The notes beneath the pieces are model-generated. The model searched no databases. It worked only from the letters and a program-made list of their open reading frames with translations, and had not been told where the DNA came from. A DNA stretch of 63,802 nt, counting the filler, from Chiloscyllium plagiosum (lineage: Eukaryota): assembly GCF_004010195.1 (NCBI RefSeq). It is 5 parts of one record of this genome, joined end to end, with 100 filler letters (N's around TTAATTAATTAA, not from the genome) between each part and the next. Parts side by side here need not be neighbours in the genome. Positions count along the whole stretch, not along the records: positions 1 to 17,092 come from NC_057716.1; positions 17,193 to 32,068 come from NC_057716.1; 3 more parts are not named here. One strand, written 5' to 3'. A program made the translations under genes and the position numbers. Below are positions 11,160 through 23,363 of this stretch, piece by piece. Each line of letters starts with the position of its first letter. Within the stretch, counting starts at the first letter, position 1.

Positions 11160-13491
11160 CAGTGGGTAAGAAAGCGACCATAACGGCACTGTACCTGAAT
11201 GCTCGTACATTTCTGAAGAAGGTTGGGGATATATCGGCATACATTATCATGAACAAATACGATTTAGTAGACATTGCAGAGGCATGGAGACAGCATAGTC
11301 AAGACTGGGAGGTAAATATTCACGGGCATGAGACAATTTGGAAGGACAGAAAGGATGGTAAGGAAGGTGGTGTAACTCAAACATTCAAGGACAACCTCAG
11401 ACCGATGATGACAGATGATATACGTTCTATGGAGAATAGATTTGAATCCATTTGGGAGGAAATTAGAAGTTCTAAGAAGAAAATGTCACTGATTGTCGGA
11501 GTCTATCCGCCTCCATATTTTCAGATCACATTGGGGAGGGCAGTAAACAAAGGCATAAATAATACCTGAAAAAATGGTATGGCAATTATCAAGCAGGATT
11601 TTAAACAACATGTCAATCGATCGAAGCAGCTCAGTCAGGGTAGCCGTGACGAGGAGAGTATTGAGTATCTGCGATAGATTCCTCAAAGACTGTGCAATAG
11701 AACAGGTCAACAAGGGGAGCGGCCAAATTAGATTTGATACTGGGTAATGAACACAGCAAAGTGTTAGATTTGGCGGTAGGTGAGCACTTTGGCAATAGTT
11801 ACCAAAATTCAGTTATGTTTACTTGAGCTTTCCAATGGGATAGTAATACAGCGGATGGCAAGCGTTACTGCTGGGGCAAAGACAATTGCAATGCGATGAG
11901 ATAAGTTTACGCATGCACTGGTTCAGCAAGGAAACGGCAGGGAATGGGCAGAATAGAAATGTGGAGCTGATTCAAGGAGCAGGTTCTGTTTATCTTTGAT
12001 AAGTATGTACCTGTCAGAGAGGGAGGAAACTGTCAAGCGCAAGAGTCATGATTACTGAGGAAGTCGAATCTCTTGCTAAGATGAAGAAGGCTTGTGTTAG
12101 CATGAGATGTGAAGGCTCAGTTCGGGCCATTGAAAGTTACAAGTTAAACAGGAAAGTCCTGAGGAGAGACTGAAGATGAGCCAGGAGGGGAGCTGAGAAT
12201 TTGTTAGCAGATAGGATAAGGGAAAATCCGAAAGCTTTCCATAGGTATGTAAGGATTAAAACAATGAATGGAATAAAATATGGCCAATGAAGGACAGTCT
12301 TGGTAAGTAGTACCTGGAGTCAGAAGTCATGGGGGAAGCGCAAAAGCAATATCTTTCGTCAGAATTCGCACTGGAAAAACAAAATGTTGTCGAGAACAAT
12401 ACTGAGAAACAGGCTACTAGACGAGATCGGATTGAAGTTCCCAAGGACGAGGTGTTACAAACTCTGAAAATGTCAAAATATATATATTCCCGTCGGCCAG
12501 ATGGGATTTATCCTCGGATTCTCTGGGAAACCAAGAATCTGATTTCCGAGCCTTCGACTTTGATCTTTATGTTGTCATTGTCCAAAGGTATAGTACCAGA
12601 ACACTACAGGATAGTAAAAGTTGTTCCCTCATTCAAGAAGGGAAGTAGAGAAAACCATGGAAATTATAGACCATTGACCCTTCCGTCGGTTGTGGGTAAA
12701 GTGTTGCAAAAGTTCTAAGAGATAAGATTTGTAATCATCTCGATTGGAATACGTTTATGAGGGAAAGTCAAGCCGGTTTTGTGAATGTGAGGTCGAGACT
12801 CACAAACATTATTAAGTTATTTGAGTAGGTCATTAAACTAGATGACAATTTGTTAGCAGATAGGATAAGGGAAATTCCTAAAGCTTTCCATAGGTATGTA
12901 AGGATTAAAACAATGAATGGAATAAAATATGGCCAATGAAGGACAGTCTTGGTAAGTAGTACGTGGAGGCAGAAGTCATGGGGGAAGCGCAAAAGCAATA
13001 TCTTTCGTCAGAATTCGCACTGGAAAAACAAAATGTTGTCGAGACAATACTGAGAAACAGGCTACTAGACGAGAACGGATTGAAGTTCCCAAGGACGAGG
13101 TGTTACAAACTCTGAAAATGTGAAAATATATATATTCCCGTGGGCCAGATGGGATTTATCCTTGCATTCTCTGGGAAACCAAGAATCTGATTTCCGAGCC
13201 TTCGACTTTGATCTTTATGTTGTCCTTGTCCAAAGGTATAGTACTAGAACACTACAGGATAGTAAAGTTGTTCCCTCAGTCAAGAAGGGGATTAGAGAAA
13301 ACCATGGAAATTATAGACCATTGACCCTTCCGTCGGTTGTGGGTAAAGTATTGGAAAAGTTCTAAGAGATAAGATTTGTAATCATCTCGATTGGAATACG
13401 TTTATGAGGGAAAGTCAAGCCGGTTTTGTGAATGTGAGGTCGAGACTCACAAACATTATTAAGTTCATTGAGTAGGTCATTAAACTAGATG
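11160..13491 (+). mobile_element. Degenerate CR1 LINE ORF2 (AP endonuclease and RT N-terminus) with internal tandem duplication
   Basis: ALYLNAR...YDLVDIAEAW...KDRKDGKEGGV...GVYPPP (APE). PDGIYPRILWE...VVPSFKKGSRENHGNYRPLTLPSVVGKVL (RT). Confidence 0.9.
12198..13491 (+). repeat. Tandem duplication, ~649-bp unit (12198-12846, 12847-13491)
   Basis: Both units start aatttgttagcagataggataaggg and end gtaggtcattaaactagatg, with scattered substitutions and small indels. Confidence 0.95.
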
Positions 13492-13757
13492 TCGGTTTGC
13501 TCACTGAATTGGAAAGTTCATTTCCAGACGTTTCATCACCCAACTAGCTAACATTTTCAGTGGGTCTCCAGGCGAAGCACTGTTCATGATTCCTGCTTTC
13601 TATGTATATGTTTGGGTTTCTTTGCGTTGATGATGTCATTTCCGTTGGTGAAGTCATTCCTGTTCTTTTTCCTCAGGGGGTGGTCGATGGCGTCGAGCTC
13701 GAAGTGTTTGTAGGTAGAGTTCTTGTCGTAATGCTATGCTTTGAGGAATTCTTGTGG
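13492..13757 (-). mobile_element. Penelope-like element 3' terminus with hammerhead-like motif (13524-13563)
   Basis: The - strand reads CCA CTGAAAA T GTTA...TGAT GAAAC GTC TGG. Upstream sequence resembles the end of the GIY-YIG ORF. Confidence 0.65.
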
Positions 13758-14310
13758 NNNNNNNNNNNNNNNNNNNNNNNNNNNNNNNNNNNNNNNNNNN
13801 NNNNNNNNNNNNNNNNNNNNNNNNNNNNNNNNNNNNNNNNNNNNNNNNNNNNNNNNNNNNNNNNNNNNNNNNNNNNNNNNNNNNNNNNNNNNNNNNNNNN
13901 NNNNNNNNNNNNNNNNNNNNNNNNNNNNNNNNNNNNNNNNNNNNNNNNNNNNNNNNNNNNNNNNNNNNNNNNNNNNNNNNNNNNNNNNNNNNNNNNNNNN
14001 NNNNNNNNNNNNNNNNNNNNNNNNNNNNNNNNNNNNNNNNNNNNNNNNNNNNNNNNNNNNNNNNNNNNNNNNNNNNNNNNNNNNNNNNNNNNNNNNNNNN
14101 NNNNNNNNNNNNNNNNNNNNNNNNNNNNNNNNNNNNNNNNNNNNNNNNNNNNNNNNNNNNNNNNNNNNNNNNNNNNNNNNNNNNNNNNNNNNNNNNNNNN
14201 NNNNNNNNNNNNNNNNNNNNNNNNNNNNNNNNNNNNNNNNNNNNNNNNNNNNNNNNNAAACTTTATTGCTGGAACAGCACAGCAGGTCAGGCAGCATCCA
14301 GGGAACAGGA

Positions 14311-14348
14311 GATTCGACGTTTCGGGCACAGGCCCTTCTTCAGGAATC
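14311..14348 (-). ncRNA. Minimal type I hammerhead ribozyme motif in a Penelope-like terminus
   Basis: The - strand reads GATTC CTGAAGA A GGGC CTGT GCCC GAAAC GTC GAATC: perfect 5-bp stem I, core CUGANGA and GAAA, 4-bp stem II, GUC triplet, palindromic ACGU instead of stem III. Confidence 0.75.
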
Positions 14349-16499
14349 ATCTGCAGACCTCACTTTCTCCTCATTTACAGAGGAACCTTGATTATCCAAA
14401 TACCGATTATCTGAAGGAGATCTCCAGGTCCCGATGGAAACATTATATCAAAGACATATTTCCAACAGTGATCGCGTCTTTTGTTTAGTGATTAAACAGG
14501 CGCCATNNNNNNNNNNNNNNNNNNNNNNNNNNNNNNNNNNNNNNNNNNNNNNNNNNNNNNNNNNNNNNNNNNNNNNNNNNNNNNNNNNNNNNNNNNNNNN
14601 NNNNNNNNNNNNNNNNNNNNNNNNNNNNNNNNNNNNNNNNNNNNNNNNNNNNNNNNNNNNNNNNNNNNNNNNNNNNNNNNNNNNNNNNNNNNNNNNNNNN
14701 NNNNNNNNNNNNNNNNNNNNNNNNNNNNNNNNNNNNNNNNNNNNNNNNNNNNNNNNNNNNNNNNNNNNNNNNNNNNNNNNNNNNNNNNNNNNNNNNNNNN
14801 NNNNNNNNNNNNNNNNNNNNNNNNNNNNNNNNNNNNNNNNNNNNNNNNNNNNNNNNNNNNNNNNNNNNNNNNNNNNNNNNNNNNNNNNNNNNNNNNNNNN
14901 NNNNNNNNNNNNNNNNNNNNNNNNNNNNNNNNNNNNNNNNNNNNNNNNNNNNNNNNNNNNNNNNNNNNNNNNNNNNNNNNNNNNNNNNNNNNNNNNNNNN
15001 NNNNNNNNNNNNNNNNNNNNNNNNNNNNNNNNNNNNNNNNNNNNNNNNNNNNNNNNNNNNNNNNNNNNNNNNNNNNNNNNNNNNNNNNNNNNNNNNNNNN
15101 NNNNNNNNNNNNNNNNNNNNNNNNNNNNNNNNNNNNNNNNNNNNNNNNNNNNNNNNNNNNNNNNNNNNNNNNNNNNNNNNNNNNNNNNNNNNNNNNNNNN
15201 NNNNNNNNNNNNNNNNNNNNNNNNNNNNNNNNNNNNNNNNNNNNNNNNNNNNNNNNNNNNNNNNNNNNNNNNNCTCTGCTTTCTTGTTTGAAATTCAAAT
15301 AGCAGGATAAGATGAAATGTGTATAATTCAGGCAAGGAACGTTAGTAATCTGCAACCAACCGCCTGTCAGGATAGAAAAAGCAGAAAACTCCAAAGCAGG
15401 TACGATCCATTTAGTTGTACACTTCCATTACTGAATACGTTTGCCCCTCTGAACCAAGTGACGCCAAATGAGATAAGAACATTTCAGGTGATTGTGTTGG
15501 ACTGGTGCAGACTTAGTGGGCCAAAGGGCATTTTTGTGCTAAACACTTCCATAACCAGCTGCGAAGTGGTCACTTTGTGAAGTAACAGGACATTCTTTGC
15601 AAAATGTCCCTCGGCGAGGAAGAGGTCGAAGCTACTCTCCCATGATATTTCTGACAGTCACGGTATTCATTGGCACATTTCAATTGGTAATAACTATTAC
15701 GGTGCATATTTGTGGAATCAGACTATATGATAATCAAGATGATGAGACCGTGATGTCTCATTAACCAGCCGAGAGCAAGCCCTTGCAGCTTACATTCCCT
15801 GGCTCTGCTTTTGAGATAAAGATTACTTTCTCGATGTGCCTGAGTTTGTATCAAACAGCTCATTGACATCGGGAATGGACGTTCAGGGGAAAGTGGAGGT
15901 GTGACAGAGGCAGAAATAGAACAAGGTGAGACGAGAAAGTGCTTAGATTTTGCTGTGCGTCTGTTGTTTTTTGTGAGGAATGTCTGCCGGGAGCTATCCT
16001 GTAAGGTCCCAGAAGCCAGACGGCTTGTTGTGGAGGGATTTCTGTTGTTGAAAGTTGCACATGAGAAGCGTGTTCGACTATTTCAGTTCAGTATCCATTT
16101 CATATCGCGGCTCACCACAACGATGCACAATTTCTGGCGAAGTGCCTTGTATTCCACTTAAAGCCGCCTTTCTCCAGGGAAACTTGCAGACGTAAAGCAC
16201 ATGGAGTGGGGAGAATCCTGACGACTCTATCACTGTCGGGGAATGTGCCTTTGTATGTGAACATGAGAATACGTTCCCCAAAGGGGTTTCAAGCGTGTGA
16301 CCAGGTCAACCTTCAGTACCATTGTTATGTCATTTGAGATCGCAGGGAGAATCTAATTGCTGCAAACCGGGACGAGAATAGTTGGATGCCTGATATCGTG
16401 CGCTTCACGATGGACAAATGGCCCTTCTCCACTCCTCTCCCACATGCTTTCTAAATTGGAGGCCAGAGAGAAACTGACCTGACGAGAACATCGCTTCAC

Positions 16500-17092
16500 A
16501 ACCTTCTCCTACCAATTTTGCAAACTTACTTCTATCTTGCCACCTAAATCATTTATTTAAATGTAAAAAAAAAAATGAATGTGCGCTCAGTCCATGAGTC
16601 ACATTTGGTAATACTCCTCCAGTCTACAAACGACCCTGCACCACCATTCTCAGCATCCTGCTATTAAACTAATTTTATATCTAAGTGGAAAACTTACATT
16701 TAACTCAATGCGATCTAACTTTATGAATTAGTCAACCATGTGGAACCGTGTAAAACCTTTTATTAAAGTCGAAGTGACCAAAGTATGTTACTTTGTCCTC
16801 ATTGATCTTCTTGCTTACCCCCTCAAAAAACTCAATCAATTTTGTGCAAGACCATGCTGATTATCCCGATTAATTCATTCATATAAATCCTATCGTTTAG
16901 AATTACACCAAACAACTTACCCCCGACCTTTATCAGACACAAACGTCTATCACTCCCAGGCTTCTCCGTGAACTCCTTTCTAAACAAAGGCACATGAGGC
17001 ATCCCCGGGTCATTCGGTGCCCCACTCGTCATAATAGATGATAAAAATATTTCTACGAAAGTCCCAAAGTTATCTTTACCTAACTTCCCACA
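16500..17092 (-). mobile_element. Old CR1 LINE RT fragment
   Basis: ORF 16832..17032-: VPLFRK...EKPGSDRRLCLIKVGGKLF..ILNDRIY. Confidence 0.7.
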
Positions 17093-17192
17093 NNNNNNNN
17101 NNNNNNNNNNNNNNNNNNNNNNNNNNNNNNNNNNNNTTAATTAATTAANNNNNNNNNNNNNNNNNNNNNNNNNNNNNNNNNNNNNNNNNNNN
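17093..17192. other. Artificial scaffold spacer N44-TTAATTAATTAA-N44 (also around 32113, 42760, 56737)
   Basis: An identical 12-mer giving stops in all six frames is centred in 100-bp N runs four times. Confidence 0.95.
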
Positions 17193-18000
17193 GAAAGAGG
17201 CTTGTGAACCGAGGGGGTACAGAGACAAATGGAAGCAGATGGGGGTGGGACAAGGTAGCTGAGAGAGTGATAGATTGATGGAGGTGGGGATAATGATGAA
17301 AGGTCGCAGCGCAGGCTGGAGCAGATAGGTCGGATGGAAAATGTACGGATAGGACAGTTCATGAGAGTGGCGGAAGCCCTGGACCTGAGTGAACTTGGCT
17401 GTGTGGAGGGAGAGTTAACTGTTCAGCCAGGGGCCAGTGGTGTTATTTGGTGCGGGTGTCGCGGAGATGTTTTCCGAAGCGGTCTGTAATTAGGCATCCG
17501 ATCTCCTCAATGTCGAGGAGACAGAAAAGGGTGCAATTGATACAATAAATTATATGCGTGGAAATGCAGATAAAACTGATGGACATGCAAGGGTCCTTTT
17601 GGGCCTTTGATGGAATTGAGGACGGATGTGTGGGTGGATGTTTTGCAAATCCCGTGTTGGAATGAAAAGGTGCTGGGATGGGAGGGTGGTTTTGTGGTAG
17701 CGTGGACTTTGTAAGGGAGTTGAAGAGGGAATGATCTTCATAGAAAATGGATAGGGGTGTGGAGGGAAACCCATCTTAATTGTTGGGGTTCATTTGCAGC
17801 TGACGGAAATACCAGAGGATGACATGATGTCTACAGAGACTGTTAGATTTTAAAGTGATGAAGAAGGAAGTTCTGTCCTCGTCATATTTGGAGGAATGGG
17901 TTTTGCGAGTGGCGTTGAGGGAAGTGGATGAGATGAGCTGGAAGGCATCATCGACGATGTGACAGGAGAAAATGCCTCGCCACTGATTCAAATTTCTCCC
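17193..18000 (-). mobile_element. Penelope-like element fragment
   Basis: The - strand has IYCINCTLFCLLDIEEIGCLITDRF (decayed IYC-C-C-YIGET.R.L.DRF GIY-YIG) plus an upstream linker. Confidence 0.65.
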
Positions 18001-18231
18001 TGGCAATTGTTTGAATCTGAACAGACACATCATTACCATGGTGACATCCTTCACCTCGTGATGTGTTTTTAACCACATATCCCCATCATCACCATGTCAG
18101 CCGACTTGCACTTCATTAACATCATAAACTCTTCCACGTCTCTGCCCTTCTGCAGCTCAAACGTGAAACCATTCGTTTGGACGACACGGTCATAATACAC
18201 TTCCACCCGTTCTTTCAAATTCCCTCCCTAC

Positions 18232-21200
18232 TCTGGTGCTAGTGGGGCAATGAATGGAGAAAGACAGAGAGAGAGGAGTTGAACACGTGTCTACAGGGAT
18301 GGTGCAGGAGGGAGGGTTTTAGATTCTTTGATAATTGGAGCTGTTTCTGGGGTAGGTGGGACCTGTACAAGCAGGATGATCTTCATATGAACCAGAGGGG
18401 TACCAATATCTTTGGGTGGTGGGGGGGGTGCGGTTTCGCTAAGGCTATTGGGGTGTGTTTAAACTAATCCAGCAGCGGGATGGGAACCAAAATTGTAGTT
18501 TAAGTACAGAAAAATTTGAGAGGAGAGAGTTCCAGAATCAGGTTTCAGGGGCGCAAGATGGCACCAGCAAGCGAGAATTTGGTTTGGAGTGTGTCTGCTT
18601 CAATGCCAGGAGCATCCAGAATCAGGTGGACGAACTTGCAGCATGGGTTGGGACCTGGGAATTCGACGTTGTGGCCATTTCGCAGACATGAATAGAGCAG
18701 GGACAGTAATGGTTTTTGCAGATTCCAGGATTTCAGTAACAATAGAGAAGAAGGTAAAAGATGGAGACGTGTGGCTGTGTTGGTCAAGGAAAGTATTACA
18801 GTTGCAGAAAGGATGTTTGGGTCTCGTCAACTGAGGTAATATGGGCTGAAGTTAGAAACAGGAAAGGAGAGGTCACGCTATTGGGAGTTTTCTATAGGCC
18901 TCCGAATAGTTCCAGAGATGTAGGCGAAAGGATAGCAAATATGATTTTCGACAGGAGTGATGGAGATAGGGTAGTTGTCATGGGGGACTTGAACTTTCGA
19001 AATATTGGCAGAAAACACTATAGTACGATTATTATATTTGGTTCAGTTTTTGTCCACTGTGTGCAGGAAGGGTTCCTTACACAGTATGTAGACAGACCAA
19101 CAAGGCGCGAGGCCACATTAGATTCGGTAATGGGTAATGAACCCAACCAAGTGGTAGACAGGGAAGTAGGTGAGCACTTTGGTGATAGAGATCACCGTTC
19201 TGTTGAGTTTACTATTGTGATAGATATAGATAGGTGTATACCACTGGGCAAGAGTTACAGCGGGGGGAACGTCATTTATGATGCGATTAGGCAGGATTTA
19301 GGAAGCATAGGATGATGAAGGAAACTGCAGGGTATAGGCACATTAGAAATGTGGAGCTAAATTTGTCAGGCAGGAAGAAAGCTGGAGAGCGCAGGAGCCA
19401 TGGTTTACGAAGGAAGTAGATTCTCTGGTCAAAAGGAAGAAGAAGGCTTATGTTAGACTGAGATGCGAAGGCTCATTTAGGGTGCTTGATGGTTACAAGG
19501 TAGCCAGAAAAGGCTGAAAGAGAGAGCTCAAATGAGCCAGGAGGAGACGTGAGACGTTGGTGGCTGATAGGATCAGGGTTAAACCGAAGGCTTTCGATAT
19601 GTATTTAAGGGATAAAAAATTGACGAGAGTAAGATTAGGGCCAATCAGTGACATTTTTGGGAAGTTGTGTACTTTTCAACAGTATTCAGTCTAGAAAACG
19701 GCAAAGTTGTCGAGGGGAATACTGAGATACAGGCTACTGGACTAGGTGTGATTGAGGTTCACAAGGNNNNNNNNNNNNNNNNNNNNNNNNNNNNNNNNNN
19801 NNNNNNNNNNNNNNNNNNNNNNNNNNNNNNNNNNNNNNNNNNNNNNNNNNNNNNNNNNNNNNNNNNNNNNNNNNNNNNNNNNNNNNNNNNNNNNNNNNNN
19901 NNNNNNNNNNNNNNNNNNNNNNNNNNNNNNNNNNNNNNNNNNNNNNNNNNNNNNNNNNNNNNNNNNNNNNNNNNNNNNNNNNNNNNNNNNNNNNNNNNNN
20001 NNNNNNNNNNNNNNNNNNNNNNNNNNNNNNNNNNNNNNNNNNNNNNNNNNNNNNNNNNNNNNNNNNNNNNNNNNNNNNNNNNNNNNNNNNNNNNNNNNNN
20101 NNNNNNNNNNNNNNNNNNNNNNNNNNNNNNNNNNNNNNNNNNNNNNNNNNNNNNNNNNNNNNNNNNNNNNNNNNNNNNNNNNNNNNNNNNNNCCCACAAT
20201 AGGCTATTGTAAAAAATCCGGAGGAATGGGATTGTTGGAGATAAAGCAGTTTGTGTCAGCAATTGGCTTGCTGAAAGAAGACACAGGGTGGTGGTTGTTG
20301 GGAAATGTTACTCCTGGAGTCCACTTAACAGTGCTAAACCGCAAGGATCGCTGTTGGGTCCACTGCTGTTCGTTTTATAAACGACGTTGATGTGGGCGGA
20401 GAAGAGTGTGTTAGTACTTTTGCAGATGACACTGAGGTTGGTGGAGTTGTGGATAGTGACGAATGACGTAGAAGGTTGCAGCGAGATATAGATAAGCTGC
20501 AGAGCTGGGCTGAGAGGTGGCAAATGGAATTTAATGCGGACAAGTGTGAGGTGATTCACTTTGGTCAGAGTAAGAGGAATGCAAAGTACTAGATTAATGG
20601 TAAGATTCCTGGTAGTGTATATGAGCAGAAAGATCTCAGTGTCCAGGTACACAGATCCTTGAAATTTGCCAGCCAGATTGACAGAGTTGTTAAGAAGGCA
20701 TACAGTGTTTTAACTTTTATTAATAGAGGGATCGTGTTCTGGAACCATGAGGTTATGCTACAGCTGTACAAATTCTAGTGCGGACACACTTGGTGTACAG
20801 GTGTATTGTGTACAGTTCTGGTCACTGCATTATAAGAAGAATATGGAAGCTTTGGAAAGGGTGCAGAGGAGATTTACTCGGATGTTGCCTGGTATGGAGG
20901 GAATGTTTTACGAGGGAAGGCTGCGGTACTTGTAATTTTCTCGATAGAGAGAAGAAGGTTGAGATGTGACTTAACAGAGACATAAATTATAATCAGAGGG
21001 TTAGACAGGGTGGATATGGAGAAGCTTCTTCCAAGAATGGTGACAACCATCATGAGGAGGCGTAATTTTAAATTGAGGGATGATAGATAGAGGACAGGTG
21101 TCATAGGTATTTTATTTACTCAGAGAGTAGTAAGGGTATGGAATGCTTTGCCTGCAGCGGTAGAAGATTCCCTAACTTTAAGTATATTTAAGTCGTCATT

Positions 21201-21334
21201 GGACAAGCATATGAACGTACATGGAATAACGCAGGTAAGATGAGCTTCAGATTGGTACACAGTTCGGCGCAACATCGTAGGCTGAAGGGACGGTACTGCG
21301 CTGTAATGTTCAACGTTCTATGTTCTATGCTCTA
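18232..21334 (+). mobile_element. Near full-length but disrupted CR1 LINE (ORF1 esterase end, ORF2 APE+RT, 3' UTR with (ttctatg)n tail); gap at 19767-20192
   Basis: WCRREGFRFFDNW..FWGRWDLYKQDDLH.N (SGNH-esterase ORF1); CFNARSI...; GVFYRPP; VMGDLN; FADDT at 20419; LERVQRRFTRMLPG; tail gttctatgttctatg. Confidence 0.95.
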
Positions 21335-23028
21335 ACTCCCTCAGCTTCTGTTCAAGCGTGTACTTGCGTTCTGTTCACTGTTTCATTGTGCATTATGTGA
21401 ATGACATTTTTACCAACGCCCATTTTCCCAAACGTGCAATGCGGCCTTCGCAGCTTTATCTTTCTACACGTGCTCCCTCATGTTGGAAGGGAAGGAGTTG
21501 CAGGTATTCACCCAATGATGTAATCCTGATGTCTTCCAATACCTCTTCTGCATGTGGGTGTACTCACGACAAGAGTTGCTCACCCATCACTGGGCAGCTA
21601 AATTTCAAAGGTTTCATCATTTTCTACAAGTCCCTTGACTGTCTTCCCTCTATGTATCACTGTCATGTCGTCCAGCCCACTCAAGAGCAAACGGAGCTGG
21701 TCAATAGTATGCCAACCCAGCCAGCGGACACAACACCCGGGATTATGTTTTAAAGTGCTCCCTCAGATATTCTGCATTCCCTCGAATTCCAACCTCCAGA
21801 GCATGTTCGATTTGAACTGTTTCATGTTTGGTGCCTAAACGTCATCTGCCAAAGCCATAAATTATGAAATCCCATCGCTATGTAAATCGCACAGGGCTAT
21901 AGGAAAGGAATTACTCACCAAGTGATGAAGAAAAACTGTAATAAATGCTGAAATGAAGGGCAATTAATTGGTATCAACACTACGTCGTGTCGTTTTCATA
22001 ATAGAAACTTCAAAGCTTTTTCTCTGTGTGAGTTTAAACAAATGTTGATCCCTGACACATTATGAGATATTGGGATGCTGACAAAGTGTTATATCAAACA
22101 AGTGATCAAAGAAGTGGGTTTCAAGCCGTATTTTGTCATACAAAACGAAGCTTGTATCACAAAACTGATTTGACAGAATTTGTTCTGCTCGAGGTCATCA
22201 TCTTTTGTCAGTCTCAAGACGTTAGNNNNNNNNNNNNNNNNNNNNNNNNNNNNNNNNNNNNNNNNNNNNNNNNNNNNNNNNNNNNNNNNNNNNNNNNNNN
22301 NNNNNNNNNNNNNNNNNNNNNNNNNNNNNNNNNNNNNNNNNNNNNNNNNNNNNNNNNNNNNNNNNNNNNNNNNNNNNNNNNNNNNNNNNNNNNNNNNNNN
22401 NNNNNNNNNNNNNNNNNNNNNNNNNNNNNNNNNNNNNNNNNNNNNNNNNNNNNNNNNNNNNNNNNNNNNNNNNNNNNNNNNNNNNNNNNNNNNNNNNNNN
22501 NNNNNNNNNNNNNNNNNNNNNNNNNNNNNNNNNNNNNNNNNNNNNNNNNNNNNNNNNNNNNNNNNNNNNNNNNNNNNNNNNNNNNNNNNNNNNNNNNNNN
22601 NNNNNNNNNNNNNNNNNNNNACTGTTCAATTCCTCATTTTATGCAAGTTGGGCTCTACTAAGTTCTTTGTCGCTCTCAAATGATGTGTCTGTGTAGTTCC
22701 TTCTATGGGTCAAAATGAGGTGCAGTTCTCCCCAGGTCATGAACAAATGTGACGGGATCTGAATTCAGTCTCTATCGCTGGTTCATTTGAGATTAAAACT
22801 TTGCATGGAAAGTCTCATTGAGATGAACACTTCAGACGTCAGGCTGTGGGCTAGGTAGTGGTAACTGGAAAGGAGAATGGATGGATGTTTGATGGATGGC
22901 AAAGACATAATGTATTGTTCTGTGCTTTAAAAGCACGGTGTCACGAACATTCTTTTTTGATAGAAATTTCTCATCGCTGGAAAAGAAATCTATGCTGTTT
23001 AGAGAAGACGCAATTGCACATGCCGTCT

Positions 23029-23099
23029 TTCCTGGTGACTAGTGGTTACGATGCAGCGCTTTCACCGCTGTGGTTTGAGTTTATTTCTTGTTCAGGGAA
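23029..23099 (+). pseudogene. tRNA-Glu(TTC) pseudogene
   Basis: ttcctggtgactagtggttacgatgcagcgctttcaccgctgtgg...ttcagggaa follows vertebrate tRNA-Glu. The T arm/B box is destroyed. Confidence 0.8.
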
Positions 23100-23202
23100 T
23101 CAGGATTTATTGTTCCTGCTAAGGGCAACAACAAAAGTAGAGCATCTTTGACAGGAATCACATTACAAACGCGTCCGCATGTGCCTTGCAATATTGTACA
23201 GG

Positions 23203-23280
23203 GCCGTAAGGCGGCTCACTGGTTATCACTGCTGCCTCACAGCGCAAGAGATATGGTCTGCCTACAACTGGGTTGACTGT
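23203..23280 (+). mobile_element. 5' fragment of HE1-like SINE
   Basis: ggcggctcactggttatcactgctgcctcacagcgc matches the SINE head at 42998 and 52598. Confidence 0.6.
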
Positions 23281-23363
23281 CAATAAGGTGCCTTCTTCAG
23301 GATCAAATGAAGAGAAAAAGGGTAAGGAATGTTCTTTGAGGGTTAATCCCTGGAGGAGTTGTG

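Noticed and set aside
13602..15394. Long ORFs of 180-380 aa (also across other gaps)
   Set aside because: They consist of translated N runs.
15605..15680. Possible additional tRNA-Asp relic on the - strand
   Set aside because: Needs several gaps to align, so it cannot be separated from chance.
17137..17148. Repeated TTAATTAATTAA motif (also 32113, 42760, 56737)
   Set aside because: Always centred in 100-bp N gaps, so it is an assembly spacer, not biology.
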